DNA of 64,000 bases from an uncultured Thiomicrospira sp. (GCA_965195345.1 OZ239628.1:992001-1056000); one strand, 5' to 3'. Positions 48,313-59,781 are shown, counted from the stretch's first letter. The notes: generated by a model from the sequence alone, not told the origin. A program made the numbers and translations.

Positions 48313-49704
48313 ATGAACAACGTCAATCCTTCAATATTTCGTGCCTATGACATACGTGGTGTAGTTGATCAAAGTTTGTCTGAGGAAACCGTTTATCTGA
48401 TAGGTAGGGGCTTAGCTGCTGAAATAATACAAGGTGGTGAAAATAAAGTAGCTATAGGTCGAGATGGCCGTTTATCAGGCCCAAGATTCGCACAGCAATT
48501 AATTGCTGGTTTTTTAGAGAGTGGCGTTGATGTATATGATCTTGGATGCGTTCCCACGCCCGTTGTTTATTTTGCTGCCAATAAATACGCCAACGGCAGT
48601 TGTGTTGTTATTACAGGGTCACATAATCCTCCAGAATACAATGGTTTGAAAATGATGGTGTGTGGGCATACCTTGTCTTCAGAGCGCATACAGAAGCTCC
48701 GTCAAAACGTTGAACAAGGCAAATTTAATGATGGTAGAGGTGAACACAAGATACAACCTGTATTTGAAGAGTATGTTTCTGCCGTTTGTGAAAGAGTCCA
48801 ATTAAGCAGACCATTGAAGGTGGTGATCGATGCTGGCAACGGTGTAGCAGGTGGTTTCGCCCCAGAGTTAATGCATCGATTAGGCTGCGAGGTCACAGCG
48901 TTGTATTGTGAAGTGGATGGAAACTTTCCTAATCATCATCCTGATCCAAGTAAGCCAGAGAATTTGAGTGACTTGATAGATGCGGTGCGTAATAAGAAAG
49001 CCGATATAGGGCTTGCTTTTGACGGTGATGGTGATCGTTTAGGCGTTGTTGATGCGCAAGGTAATATTATTTATCCAGATAGACAACTTATCATGTATGC
49101 TCAGGACATTTTAACCAAGCATCCTGCTGCTACAATCATTTACGATGTGAAGTGCAGTGTGCACGTTCCTAGAGAAATAGAGAAATCGGGAGGTGTTGCC
49201 ATCATGTCTCGTACAGGACACTCTTTTATTAAAGCAGCATTGAAAGAACAAAACGCTGCATTAGCAGGTGAAATGAGCGGACATATATTCTTTAACGATG
49301 ACTGGTATGGTTTCGATGATGCTCTGTACACTGCGGCAAGGTTATTACAAATCGTTTCACGATCTGAATTAAACACAGTGCAGTTGTTTTCAACCATCCC
49401 AGACAGTAAGAATACTCCTGAATTAAATATTCATTTTGCTGAAGGAGAGCATTATAAAGCGATGGAAAAAATAATTGCGTTAGCCAATTTTAATGATGGA
49501 AATGTCTCTACCCTTGACGGCTTAAGAGTGGATTTTGAAAAAAGTTGGGGACTTGTTCGTCCTTCAAACACGACGCCCGTGCTTGTTTTACGCTTTGAGG
49601 GAGAGGACGAACTGGAATTGCAAAGTGTTATAAACAGGTTTGCTGTGTTGATTCAAGACGCCTGTCCAGAGGCTGTTTTGCCTGAAGAAATGATGCTTGT
49701 CTAA
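48313..49704 (+). CDS. algC: Phosphomannomutase/phosphoglucomutase
   Basis: FRAYDIRG, TGSHNP, FDGDGDR, GEMSGH, VRPSNT. Confidence 0.92.
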   Translation: MNNVNPSIFRAYDIRGVVDQSLSEETVYLIGRGLAAEIIQGGENKVAIGRDGRLSGPRFAQQLIAGFLESGVDVYDLGCVPTPVVYFAANKYANGSCVVITGSHNPPEYNGLKMMVCGHTLSSERIQKLRQNVEQGKFNDGRGEHKIQPVFEEYVSAVCERVQLSRPLKVVIDAGNGVAGGFAPELMHRLGCEVTALYCEVDGNFPNHHPDPSKPENLSDLIDAVRNKKADIGLAFDGDGDRLGVVDAQGNIIYPDRQLIMYAQDILTKHPAATIIYDVKCSVHVPREIEKSGGVAIMSRTGHSFIKAALKEQNAALAGEMSGHIFFNDDWYGFDDALYTAARLLQIVSRSELNTVQLFSTIPDSKNTPELNIHFAEGEHYKAMEKIIALANFNDGNVSTLDGLRVDFEKSWGLVRPSNTTPVLVLRFEGEDELELQSVINRFAVLIQDACPEAVLPEEMMLV

Positions 49705-49819
49705 ACGGCATTTGTTTAAACAATGTTATTAGACATTAAGACTGTCAAATGATTACGAGCATATGCTTGGCATTTACCATTTTTTTTTAACGATAAGAAT
49801 GTGTGTTCAATTCAGTAAA

Positions 49820-50506
49820 CTAAAAATTATACTGAACACCAAATCGGGTATTAAAGTTGCCAACCAAGACTAAAGTGGTTTCGTCACTTCCAGATCCAAA
49901 GAGTGCTTCAGCGCCAACTTTTTCTGCCGCGAAAAAGTAAGGGCGATCAACCATAAAATTAAATGCAAAACTATCGGTTAAATACCAATTTAAACCTACT
50001 TGATATCCGAGTACAATGCCTGCCACATTTTGTGAGAAGCCAGAAACGCCTAAATTTGGATTCTCCACACTGACTGTCGAATAGCCGAGGTGCCCCCCAA
50101 ATAAAAATTCCAAAGATTCAACGCGCACAGCCTTGTCATAGTTTATGGTTAAAGCAAGGAAATTTTTGAATTGCGTTAACTCTGTTCCAGTAGAAGCATT
50201 GACATTTCTATCATCTAAAGGGGTTGGTGAAATAATGTTTTGCTCACCAACATAGCGCAATCGTCCGTATAGATAATAATCATTTTTTTTCCCACCACCA
50301 ACGCTTAAATCCATTCCGAAAGGTGTAGAGCCACTCCCAAAATTAAAAACGCGTAGATCAGAACCCGCGCTGGATCGTTGATTTTCGCCATGCAATTCTA
50401 AATAGTGATGCACTAAATTAAATCGAAGAAATCCTTCTGCAAAAGCTGACTGCGGTAGGAATAATTGAAAACCTGCAATTAGGAAAAATAAAAATGCTCT
50501 CTTCAT
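49820..50506 (-). CDS. Small outer-membrane beta-barrel protein
   Basis: Signal peptide (AFA), alternating beta strands, C-terminal GVQYNF. Confidence 0.7.
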   Translation of the reverse strand: MKRAFLFFLIAGFQLFLPQSAFAEGFLRFNLVHHYLELHGENQRSSAGSDLRVFNFGSGSTPFGMDLSVGGGKKNDYYLYGRLRYVGEQNIISPTPLDDRNVNASTGTELTQFKNFLALTINYDKAVRVESLEFLFGGHLGYSTVSVENPNLGVSGFSQNVAGIVLGYQVGLNWYLTDSFAFNFMVDRPYFFAAEKVGAEALFGSGSDETTLVLVGNFNTRFGVQYNF

Positions 50507-50785
50507 TTTTTCACCTCTGTGAAATTATTTTAGATTGATTGTCAAACTCCAGACTGGAGTGAACCTCTAGTCTTGCCGCATTGTATACAAATTGCAGGAC
50601 TTATTCAATTGCTTGTGTACTATTTTCGATAATTCTTAAAGTCCTTTCAAGAGATATTTCAGAACAAGCGCATATATTTGACGAATTATAGACTGATGCT
50701 ACAGATATTTTTAAATATATCGTGCTGGTATAATGACCCACAATCATTCTAATTCAAAAGCCATATCATTAATATTTAAAGTACT

Positions 50786-51670
50786 ATGCACTCTGCTTTC
50801 ACCGCTGTAATTCCTGTTGCAGGATTAGGAACTCGATTTCTACCAGCAACAAAAATGGTTCCTAAAGAACTTTTAGTCTTAATAGACAGACCACTGGTAC
50901 AGTATGGTGTTGAAGAGCTGGTTGCAGCAGGGATAGATACAGTTATATTTGTAGATAGTCCAGCTAAACAAGGGCGTATTGAACGCCATTTTTCTCCTAT
51001 GCCGTGGCTTAATGATTTATTAGAAAAAGCCGATAAGAAAAACATTAAAAAACGCTTAGCTAATGCAGTTCCTCAAAATGTAAAGTTTATTACGGTTCTG
51101 CAAGATGAACCGTTGGGCTTGGGGCATGCAATTCTTCAGAGCGCCTCTATCGTTCGTTCAGATTACATTGTTATACTTTTGCCAGATATTATCATGTCAG
51201 ATCAACGAGGAGAAGATTTACAGCTGATGATGTCAGAATGTCAGTCAACTGGAAAAGGGCAGATTATGCTTCAAAAAGTTGATATGGCGGAGGTTAACTG
51301 TTATGGAATAGCGGACATTAAAAATGAAGAAAGATCTTCTACAAACAGTTGTGAGATTAAGGAGTTGGTCGAGAAGCCAGCTCCAGAATCCGCGCCTTCC
51401 AATTGGGCAATATCAGGACGTTATGTGTTACCAACTAGTATATTCTCATATTTGGAGGATATAGAAAGAGGTGTGAATAATGAGTTTCAACTAACGGATG
51501 CTCTTAATAAATTGTGCAGTAAAGAGGGTCTTAACGGTTGGTTGGCTATAAATGATGTGCATGATTGTGGGAATCGATTAGGGTACTTAAAAGCCAATCA
51601 TTATTTTGCATCTCAGCATGAAGAATTGGGGTCTGAATACCTTGCATGGCTTAAAAAACAATTGAAATAG
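50786..51670 (+). CDS. galU: UTP--glucose-1-phosphate uridylyltransferase
   Basis: PVAGLGTRFLPATK..PKE, LGLGHA, VEKP, QLTDA. Confidence 0.95.
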   Translation: MHSAFTAVIPVAGLGTRFLPATKMVPKELLVLIDRPLVQYGVEELVAAGIDTVIFVDSPAKQGRIERHFSPMPWLNDLLEKADKKNIKKRLANAVPQNVKFITVLQDEPLGLGHAILQSASIVRSDYIVILLPDIIMSDQRGEDLQLMMSECQSTGKGQIMLQKVDMAEVNCYGIADIKNEERSSTNSCEIKELVEKPAPESAPSNWAISGRYVLPTSIFSYLEDIERGVNNEFQLTDALNKLCSKEGLNGWLAINDVHDCGNRLGYLKANHYFASQHEELGSEYLAWLKKQLK

Positions 51671-51724
51671 ATTGCATTTAGTTAAAGCACTAATCAAGTA
51701 ATATAAAAACGAGTAATATTGATT

Positions 51725-52891
51725 ATGAGAATAACTGTTGTTGGCACTGGATATGTTGGTTTATCATTGGCATTGATTCTTGCGCAAAATAATGACGTTA
51801 TTGGATTGGATATTGATTCGACGAAAGTAGCGTTGCTTAATGAAAATAAAAGCCCTATCATTGATCATGACATAGATGCATTTTTAAGTAGAACGGATAT
51901 TAAATTTCAAGCGACTACCGATAAAGAACGAGCCTACCTTCATGCAGATTTTGTCGTCATAGCAACGCCTACTGATTACGATCCTGTTGAAAATAAATTT
52001 AACACTCAATCTATAGAAAACGCTATAGAGACGCTTTTAAGTTTCAATAAAAATGCATTTGTAATTATAAAATCTACAATTCCAGTTGGATATACTGAAA
52101 AAATAAAAAAACACTTCAATTTTAATAATATAGCTTTTTCACCTGAATTTTTACGAGAAGGGCAAGCGCTATTTGACAATCTTTATCCTTCAAGAATTGT
52201 TATTGGAGATTGCTCAAAGCGCGCTCATGAATTTGCCAAACTTTTATCCGATGCTGCGCTATCGGATAATGTCCCAGTGCTATTCATGGATTCAACAGAG
52301 GCCGAAGCTATTAAATTATTTTCTAATACATATTTAGCCATGAGAGTTGCCTTTTTTAATGAACTGGATAGCTTTTGTGAAACATTTGATGTGAGTACTA
52401 AGCGGATAATTGATGGAGTTTGTCTTGACCCACGAATTGGGGAAGGTTATAACAATCCTTCCTTTGGCTATGGAGGCTATTGCTTACCGAAAGATACGAA
52501 ACAACTCGTTGCGAACTATGGCAATGTTCCTAATAATTTAATTAAAGCAATCGTCAATGCTAATGTGACAAGAAAGGATTTTATCGCAAGTCAAATTCTA
52601 AAGATGAATCCCAAAGTTGTGGGCATTTACAGGCTAACGATGAAGAAAGACTCTGATAATTTTCGGTTTTCAGCGATACAAGGTATTATGAAACGTATTA
52701 AAGCAAAAGGTGTTGAAGTTATAGTATATGAACCACATCTTGAGGTAGAACAATATTTCAACTCCAAAGTTATTCGTGAATTGAGTGATTTCAAAGAGCT
52801 CTCGGATTTGATTATCACTAATAGAATTACTGAGGCGTTAGAAGATGTTTCGGAGAAAGTATATACACGTGACGTTTTTGGAGAGAGTTGA
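51725..52891 (+). CDS. ugd: UDP-glucose 6-dehydrogenase
   Basis: [30 protein letters not shown]. Confidence 0.95.
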   Translation: MRITVVGTGYVGLSLALILAQNNDVIGLDIDSTKVALLNENKSPIIDHDIDAFLSRTDIKFQATTDKERAYLHADFVVIATPTDYDPVENKFNTQSIENAIETLLSFNKNAFVIIKSTIPVGYTEKIKKHFNFNNIAFSPEFLREGQALFDNLYPSRIVIGDCSKRAHEFAKLLSDAALSDNVPVLFMDSTEAEAIKLFSNTYLAMRVAFFNELDSFCETFDVSTKRIIDGVCLDPRIGEGYNNPSFGYGGYCLPKDTKQLVANYGNVPNNLIKAIVNANVTRKDFIASQILKMNPKVVGIYRLTMKKDSDNFRFSAIQGIMKRIKAKGVEVIVYEPHLEVEQYFNSKVIRELSDFKELSDLIITNRITEALEDVSEKVYTRDVFGES

Positions 52892-54081
52892 ATGATATTT
52901 TTAATGCAAGCAATGTGTTCAATTTCCAAACAACATGGTTTTATCAAAAAGTGATAAAAAAAGCAGTATTCGTAACCCCACATTATTTAGACCAAAAAAG
53001 AAGAACAGGATTTTATTGGGCAGCCAACGCACTTCATGAGATGGGCTGGCAAGTGCTATTCTTTACATCACCTATCAGCATGATCTCTCGATTAAATCGG
53101 GACCATCGTATTCAGTACGGAGCGTTAAGTGAAAAGCATAAATTAATAGAGAAACGGCCTAATTTTTTTTCTTACGTACACTACACCACCTGGCATAAGG
53201 TGAATTTTTCTAAGGCATTTCCAAAAAAATGGCTGGGAAATGTTGCACAAAAAGTGCTTTATCCTTTGATGAAAACGCCCACTTTAATGTTGGGTGAGAG
53301 TGCGAAATTCATCCGTGAAGCAGACGTCATTGTTTTTGAGAGTTCTCCATCATTAGAACTTATGACACAATTTCAAGCACACAATAGCCACGCTCGTTAT
53401 ATATACCGAGCTTCCGATGATTTAGATGTTCTTCGAGTACATCAAGACACAAAGGATTTTCAGGCTAAAAATATGTTGAATTTTGATCGTGTGAGCTGCG
53501 TAAGTATTAAATTGTATGAAAAATTAAAAACCATAGCACCAAAGGCAAATATACATTTAGATTATCATGGCATTGAAAAAAACATTTTTGATGAAAAGCA
53601 TCCGAATCCGTATAAACAAAATGGTAATAAAAATGCTGTTTTTGTTGGAGTAGGTGATGTTGATTATGATTTTTTTGAAAAAGCGGCTGATATTTGCCCA
53701 AATTGGAATTTCCATTTTATTGGTCCTTTAAAAACTATTTCGAAGGCTAATGTAATCATGTATGGAGAAATACCGTTTATTGAAACAATTCCTTACATAC
53801 AACATGCAGACGCTGGACTAAATTGTCGCGTTTGGTCTCCAGGTGGAGATGCTTTTACTGACACACTTAAGGTTATGCAGTTTACATATTGTGGCATAGC
53901 TATCGTAGCCCCTGAATTTTTAAGGACCGAACGCAAAAATACCTTTTATTATCTTCCGGGTGATCAAGATTCTATGAAAGTGGCGTTAGACCAAGCCTCA
54001 GAGTATAAACGCGAAGATGACGGCATGGACTATCAAATCAACAGTTGGCAAGATGTTGTTGAAAGTTGGATTGCTGTTTAA
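52888..54081 (+). CDS. GumK-like (GT70) glucuronosyltransferase; true start may be ~20 codons downstream
   Basis: H.....[38 protein letters not shown]; adjacent to ugd. Confidence 0.7.
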   Translation: MNDIFNASNVFNFQTTWFYQKVIKKAVFVTPHYLDQKRRTGFYWAANALHEMGWQVLFFTSPISMISRLNRDHRIQYGALSEKHKLIEKRPNFFSYVHYTTWHKVNFSKAFPKKWLGNVAQKVLYPLMKTPTLMLGESAKFIREADVIVFESSPSLELMTQFQAHNSHARYIYRASDDLDVLRVHQDTKDFQAKNMLNFDRVSCVSIKLYEKLKTIAPKANIHLDYHGIEKNIFDEKHPNPYKQNGNKNAVFVGVGDVDYDFFEKAADICPNWNFHFIGPLKTISKANVIMYGEIPFIETIPYIQHADAGLNCRVWSPGGDAFTDTLKVMQFTYCGIAIVAPEFLRTERKNTFYYLPGDQDSMKVALDQASEYKREDDGMDYQINSWQDVVESWIAV

Positions 54082-54128
54082 AAGCCTTTTAAAAAACCAA
54101 TGACTCATTAATGGTTTTATCAAGGACC

Positions 54129-54563
54129 CTAGATATTTGGTTCTAAAGGGTGAGGCTGTCCTACTCCTTTTTCAAGTAAGTTTTTCAAACTCACTGTAAG
54201 AAAGAAGCCCCATTTAGAATTGCAATGCATAAAGAACTCATTGGGCTCTGCCCAACCTAAATTGCTAAATTCTAGCGCAGAACCTCGGACATCTTTTTCT
54301 ATGTTGAATACAAATGATTTTGTATCAATCCATGGGCCATCACTGCAAGTCCAGCAAACTCGCTTGTTTGAGATTAACTCAGTGATTTTCATTTTGACCA
54401 AATGATCGCCGTTTTCACCAAAGAAAAAATGAATCTCTGAACCGAGTTCCCCTTTGGTTTCTGCTTTAGTCCACCAAGCACTCAATTGACTTTGTTTTGT
54501 TAGTGCGCTGAATACTTTTTCGGGCGACGCCTCTATGATTACGCGATGTAAAATATCTACCAT
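54129..54563 (-). CDS. SRPBCC/AHA1-like domain protein
   Basis: I.ASPEKVF.AL, WW, V.W.C..GPW, CNSKW.FFL..SLK..LEKG.G.P.P. Confidence 0.85.
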   Translation of the reverse strand: MVDILHRVIIEASPEKVFSALTKQSQLSAWWTKAETKGELGSEIHFFFGENGDHLVKMKITELISNKRVCWTCSDGPWIDTKSFVFNIEKDVRGSALEFSNLGWAEPNEFFMHCNSKWGFFLTVSLKNLLEKGVGQPHPLEPNI

Positions 54564-54901
54564 AACTTTTCATTTCCTTAATTGCTGCGAAAGATCTTCT
54601 TTCAGCTTATTTATATTTTAAACGTAGATGACATGTTTTTATCTGAAAAAGTACATTAAATCATCAGGGATTATCGTAACAGTTTAACGATAGAAAAACT
54701 TTTTAATATCATGAAACAGCTATGTACATGAGGCAAGCCAATAGGATCAGTATTGTTACAGCGGTTGATTCATACAATTATTGCAAGCTAGTAATTTTAA
54801 GTTTACAATGAAATAAGTTTCAGTTAAAGTTACGCTGTGGTACTAAGTGAATTGCTGGAGATTTCGATTATTTTTTAACAGTTTAACACTCTAAATCAAT
54901 C

Positions 54902-56167
54902 ATGACAAAAAAAGTAGTTATTGTTGGGGCAGGTTTCGCTGGATTAGAGGCTGCTAAAGCTGTTGCTCAATCAAAGAACATGGAAGTTGTTGTAATTGAT
55001 CGACGCAATTATCATCTTTTTCAACCTCTCTTGTATCAAGTCGCCATGGCTGGTCTTAATGCTGCTGATATTGCAGAACCAATCAGATCAATTTTTTCAA
55101 AACAAAAGAATGTTACTGTATATCAAGGCGCAGTTGAGCAAGTTTTAGCTTCTGAAAATAAAATAATCACAGATTTTGGTGATATAAATTATGATTATTT
55201 AGTGTTGGCGTGTGGAGCAATGCATCATTATTACGGCAATGATGAGTGGGAAAAATTTGCACCAGGGTTGAAAACGTTGTCACAAGCCACTGAAATCCGA
55301 TTACGAGTGCTTAGCGCTTTTGAAGAGGCTGAAAAGTCGAATGATCCTGAGACAAGAAGGAAGCATTTAACTTTTGTTATTGTTGGGGGAGGTCCTACTG
55401 GTGTTGAACTAGCTGGTGCTATTGGGGAAATGAGTCGATTTACATTGCGCAGTGATTTTCGCAATATTAATCCCAGCGATGCACGGATTATATTAGTGAA
55501 TGCGGGCGATCTTGTTTTAAATACTTTTGCACCTGACTTATCAAAGCATGCCATGCGATCATTGGAGTCTCTTGGAGTGGAGATTATTGTAAATAAGCAC
55601 GCTAGTAATTTAAGCAGCGAAGGGCTTGATATTGGTGATACTTTTTATCCTGCTTCTACTATTCTTTGGGCTGCAGGCGTTACGCCTTCACCAATTGGTA
55701 AGGATTCAAAATTGCCCATAGATAGAGGGGGACGTATACTTACCAATGCTGATTTGTCCGTTCAAGGACATTCGAATATTTTTGCTGCTGGTGATTTGGC
55801 AAACGTAGTAAAAAATGAACATCCTCTTCCTGGAGTAGCTTCTGTTGCTATGCAGGAAGGAAGATATGTTGGTAAAGTTATTCTTGCTGATGCACAGAAC
55901 AAAAAACGTCCAGTATTCAATTATTTTGATAAAGGTTCTATAGCTACTATTGGTCGTTCAAAAGCTATCATGCAAAGTGGTCCAATTAAATTATGGGGTT
56001 GGGGGGCATGGATAGTGTGGTTATTTGTTCACATTGTTTATTTAGTACGCTATAAAAATCGATTTTTCACCATTTTCCAATGGGGTGTCTCATATTTCTT
56101 TTATCGCCGTGGTGCTCGCCTTATCATTCGTAAAGAATGGCATCGACGTAAGCAAGATATTAAGTAG
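54902..56167 (+). CDS. ndh: Type II NADH:quinone oxidoreductase family protein
   Basis: GAGFAG, FQPLLYQVA, GGGPTGVELAG, WAAGV, DKGS.ATIGR. Confidence 0.88.
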   Translation: MTKKVVIVGAGFAGLEAAKAVAQSKNMEVVVIDRRNYHLFQPLLYQVAMAGLNAADIAEPIRSIFSKQKNVTVYQGAVEQVLASENKIITDFGDINYDYLVLACGAMHHYYGNDEWEKFAPGLKTLSQATEIRLRVLSAFEEAEKSNDPETRRKHLTFVIVGGGPTGVELAGAIGEMSRFTLRSDFRNINPSDARIILVNAGDLVLNTFAPDLSKHAMRSLESLGVEIIVNKHASNLSSEGLDIGDTFYPASTILWAAGVTPSPIGKDSKLPIDRGGRILTNADLSVQGHSNIFAAGDLANVVKNEHPLPGVASVAMQEGRYVGKVILADAQNKKRPVFNYFDKGSIATIGRSKAIMQSGPIKLWGWGAWIVWLFVHIVYLVRYKNRFFTIFQWGVSYFFYRRGARLIIRKEWHRRKQDIK

Positions 56168-56190
56168 CCCGATTTCTTTTGTGATTTAAT

Positions 56191-56220
56191 AAAAAAAAGC
56201 GTGCTTCGCACGCTCTTTAT
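56191..56220. terminator. Bidirectional terminator between ndh and soxA
   Basis: A8-GCGTG-CTTCG-CACGC-TCTTTAT. Confidence 0.8.
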
Positions 56221-56258
56221 TCAAATAAAATATAGCCTTTTGAAGTCTAAATAAAGCA

Positions 56259-57095
56259 TCAACCTCGTGTTTGAGGACCATTCCACCTCAACCCATTTGA
56301 CATGTAAGTGTGGAAAAATTCAAGGTTTCTATATTCCGTGCTTTGAGGCTTAAATGGTTTGGCTCGGATGTTTTTTTGACAACCAACATATCTGCGATGT
56401 AAAGTACCCAAATTTCCCCATTTTTTACGGTATACCGGAAAGTGTGAAGTTTGACCAATGACGCTTGATAGCACATTAGCTCGCGCTCTATAACCGGCAT
56501 AATAAACGTGGCAGTCGGCACATGCCATATTCAGTTGCCCACGTTTTCCATAAAAAAGATTCTTCCCTTTTAGATAAGCGTTTTTTGCACCTTCACTTGA
56601 TATGTCTATGTTGATTTGTTTTTCCCGCGCTTCGAATGACAGATAAGCTGCTAGATTAGCAATCGCTCCTTTTTGCCAGCCAAAAGGTATTTCACCGTTG
56701 GCTACTCGACACTCATTAAGTGCTAATTCAAGCGTTATAACCTCAGCCCTTTCATTACTATAGCTAGGAAAACTTGGACGAATATTATCAACGCTCATAC
56801 CTGGAAAGCAACTGGCGTATGTTTTTCCATTACTAAAAGTAGTATTCCACTCGTCTTCACCTTTGGTAATGAAGTCTTCGTAAGGTGGAAAGTCTGCTTC
56901 TGTATCTTCCCACTGCTCACGCAGATCAGGATCAAAAACATAGTTACCGTTGATGTAATCTGAAGTCTCTATAGAAGAGTATTTGTTTGAAAAATAGTCC
57001 CATAGTCTTTGCTTGTCTTCTCCTGGAGTGGCACTGTAAGCAGAAAGAACGAATAACGTACTTCCTAATCCTGCAAAAAAAGTTCTCAGTTTCAT
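56259..57095 (-). CDS. soxA: Sulfur oxidation cytochrome SoxA (mono-haem)
   Basis: RGQLNMACADCH, FPVYR.KW, RRYVGC...IRA, LEFFHTYMSNG. Confidence 0.93.
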   Translation of the reverse strand: MKLRTFFAGLGSTLFVLSAYSATPGEDKQRLWDYFSNKYSSIETSDYINGNYVFDPDLREQWEDTEADFPPYEDFITKGEDEWNTTFSNGKTYASCFPGMSVDNIRPSFPSYSNERAEVITLELALNECRVANGEIPFGWQKGAIANLAAYLSFEAREKQINIDISSEGAKNAYLKGKNLFYGKRGQLNMACADCHVYYAGYRARANVLSSVIGQTSHFPVYRKKWGNLGTLHRRYVGCQKNIRAKPFKPQSTEYRNLEFFHTYMSNGLRWNGPQTRG

Positions 57096-57119
57096 ACTAA
57101 TCCTTTAAAAATAGTGGAG

Positions 57120-57425
57120 TTATTTTACCTTTGCCTTACCTGATCCAGTTTTTCCGTTGTTATCCACATAACTTAGTTCGATAAAGTCACCTTTTTCTCC
57201 TCGTAGCTTCAAGCCTATGAAAGGGTTTTTAGAAACTGCTGTACTCATCTCACCCACTGAAGCAATCTTATCATTATGTTTAATAGTTACTTGTGTAATG
57301 TAGTTGGCTGGAATTAATTTGCCTGTTTTTTTGTTTTTACGCAATCCAGTTTCCATGGGGTGCTTAATCAAAGATCTAACATTAATCAAACCTTTTTTAA
57401 GGTTAGCTCGTATTTTCACGCTCAT
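57120..57425 (-). CDS. soxZ: Sulfur carrier SoxZ
   Basis: HPMETGLRK, IPA.YI, VSKNP, DN.G. Confidence 0.95.
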   Translation of the reverse strand: MSVKIRANLKKGLINVRSLIKHPMETGLRKNKKTGKLIPANYITQVTIKHNDKIASVGEMSTAVSKNPFIGLKLRGEKGDFIELSYVDNNGKTGSGKAKVK

Positions 57426-57457
57426 AATTTTTTCTCCTGAAATTAGCTAATAATCGT

Positions 57458-57925
57458 TTAACCGCCACATCCGCCAATAGTCACTTTGATTTCTTTTTCC
57501 ACAGACTCCAACTGCCCAGAGGTCGTTTCAAGTACTGCTAAAACTTTGGAGGTTTTTCCCATTTTTATTCGAGTTTTAAGAAATGGAACCGCATCTTCTT
57601 CAAATACATAACTGCTGGCAAGAGGGCGTGGATTATTTTCAACAAAAACAGCCACTTTGCGGATATCTTGTCTTTTTGACGCATCAACTTCAATAGAGAC
57701 TACTAGACCATTTTCCGCAACTGCTGGTGTTTTAAACTTAACATTTTTTGCGGGAACATGCACACTGCTGCCAAAATATGCTTCCATTGCTTTGGGTATT
57801 GATTCTTCACTGAAAGCTTTCTCGTTCCAAGCCGCATTTGCGACTGTTCCGTTTAATAGCGCTGTTCCAGTGGCTAAAATAGCTGATGTTGCTAGACTTC
57901 CTTTTAGAAAAATTCTGCGTTCCAT
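57458..57925 (-). CDS. soxY: Sulfur carrier SoxY
   Basis: Tat signal RRIFLK; AENG; C-terminal VKVTIGGCGG-type arm. Confidence 0.97.
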   Translation of the reverse strand: MERRIFLKGSLATSAILATGTALLNGTVANAAWNEKAFSEESIPKAMEAYFGSSVHVPAKNVKFKTPAVAENGLVVSIEVDASKRQDIRKVAVFVENNPRPLASSYVFEEDAVPFLKTRIKMGKTSKVLAVLETTSGQLESVEKEIKVTIGGCGG

Positions 57926-57942
57926 AAATTCTCCGTATATAG

Positions 57943-58314
57943 TTATAGAGTGTGTATATAAGCTGTAATAGCTCTTATCTCCTTTTCGGTTAGCATTAAA
58001 TGCTTACCAAAAGGAGGCATAATTGAGTTTGGATTGATTTTTGAGGCATCAAATATTTGATTGTAAAGCTTTTCCTCTTCAGGGAAACGAGCCATCATAC
58101 CAACCAAAGGCGGCCCAATAGTTCCAGCCAAAGTCGCTTTCTTAGGATCTGCGGTCGGCATGGCATGGCAAGCGATGCAGTTTCCTTTACCTCTGTTAAA
58201 AGCTAATTTTTCTCCTTCTTTAATGAGATCTTCACCTGAATATGCCACTGTTGTTACGCCAAAAAAAGCAGTAAACAGTGCAATATTTACTCCAAGTAAA
58301 ACCATTTTTTTCAT
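57943..58314 (-). CDS. soxX: Sulfur oxidation cytochrome SoxX
   Basis: KGNCIACH, G.IGPPL, MPPFG. Confidence 0.93.
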   Translation of the reverse strand: MKKMVLLGVNIALFTAFFGVTTVAYSGEDLIKEGEKLAFNRGKGNCIACHAMPTADPKKATLAGTIGPPLVGMMARFPEEEKLYNQIFDASKINPNSIMPPFGKHLMLTEKEIRAITAYIHTL

Positions 58315-58413
58315 GTGTTCTCCATAATTAGCCTATTTTGTGTAAAGCATACAATGAAAAGGTAAAAACCTCAAGTATTTTTTCATATAAATCGTAAAAA
58401 AATATACGCTCAA

Positions 58414-59781
58414 CTAGTTATATTCTAAAAATTGTTTTAAGCGTGCACTTTCACTATCCATTCGAGTTTTGAAAGTGTTGTTGTCGCTTGCATTTTTAGC
58501 CTCTTCAATAAAGGTAAGTGATTTACGTATATGTCCTGTTTGCTCAAATGCTCGTGCTTTGTAAAATAAAGAATGAACTCTATCATTGTTTCTATCGTAT
58601 GCCTTGGCAAGCAAGTTATAAGTAAAAGCAGGTTTTGCTGTTGTTTGAATATTCTCATGATATCTTTTAATTAAAGTTTCGGGAGATTTCACAAATCTCA
58701 TGCTAAGTGATTGAATGGCAAGGTGATAGGGGTTCGATAAGTATAATTGTTCAAATAAGTGTTTTTTCTCATCTTCATTCAGTAAGTCACTTTCTAAAGC
58801 CAGTAGATCATAAAACAAGTGTTTTCTTAATTTTGTGGCTAGCCATTCTTTCAATTTTGGATTTTTATTTTGATGCCAGACAAGCGCCTGATAGTATTCT
58901 CGTGAAGCAAGAGAATATGTTGAGTCAATTTCCCTGCCAGTTACAAATGCTGTCCTTGCTTGTACTAACTGAAAGGTTAACTGTTCTTTTAGTGGGAAAT
59001 CAGATTGATTCTCACTACGTTCTATAGCTTCTTTCAATCTATTTTGTGTAAGCGGATGAGTACGTAGATATACAGGAAGATTGCCAGTGTCGAAGCGAGA
59101 AAGTCGAGCAAAGAACGATGGCATTGCTTGGCTAGAGTACCCCGCTCTTTCTAAATAAACTTGACCTTTACGGTCAGCTTCAAGCTCGAATAATCTTGTG
59201 TTAGCCAGAAAGCTATCATATTGAAGTGCAATGGAGCCATAGATACCTGCTGCTGATAAATCAGCATTATCTGAATAGATCCCAGCGATCAGTAGTGCCA
59301 GCCCTGCAAGCAAAGAAGGGGTTTCGTTTTTTCTACTGTTCAGTAGCGGACGGGCAATATGGTTTTGTGTAACATGCGCGACTTCGTGAGCAATCACAGC
59401 AATTAGCTCTTCTTCACTTCGAGCATTAACTATCAACCCAGCATGAATACCAATTCGACCATCAGGACCAGCAAATGCATTTATCGAATTGTCAACGACC
59501 ATAAAAAAGTCGAAATCGCGACCAACGTGATCGCTAGCGTTGGTTATCTGCGTTCCAAGGTCATAAAGGTATTGAGTAAGAATGGGGTCATTTGAAACAT
59601 GAGTAAAAGCAAGGATTTGACTCATAAATCTTTGCCCTGCAACTTTTTCATCAAAACGGCTAAATTCAACTCTTTCAGGGTTGCCAAGTAACGGAAGATC
59701 AACAACATCTTTGGAATATGCAGATGTTGATATATGCGTGATGATGATTATGCACAGAGCATGAAAAAATCTAATTTTCAT
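58414..59781 (-). CDS. bepA: M48 metalloprotease, BepA-like
   Basis: INAFA.P.G, AHEVAH, E.EAD, YLRTHP...R; TPR-like C-terminus. Confidence 0.8.
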   Translation of the reverse strand: MKIRFFHALCIIIITHISTSAYSKDVVDLPLLGNPERVEFSRFDEKVAGQRFMSQILAFTHVSNDPILTQYLYDLGTQITNASDHVGRDFDFFMVVDNSINAFAGPDGRIGIHAGLIVNARSEEELIAVIAHEVAHVTQNHIARPLLNSRKNETPSLLAGLALLIAGIYSDNADLSAAGIYGSIALQYDSFLANTRLFELEADRKGQVYLERAGYSSQAMPSFFARLSRFDTGNLPVYLRTHPLTQNRLKEAIERSENQSDFPLKEQLTFQLVQARTAFVTGREIDSTYSLASREYYQALVWHQNKNPKLKEWLATKLRKHLFYDLLALESDLLNEDEKKHLFEQLYLSNPYHLAIQSLSMRFVKSPETLIKRYHENIQTTAKPAFTYNLLAKAYDRNNDRVHSLFYKARAFEQTGHIRKSLTFIEEAKNASDNNTFKTRMDSESARLKQFLEYN

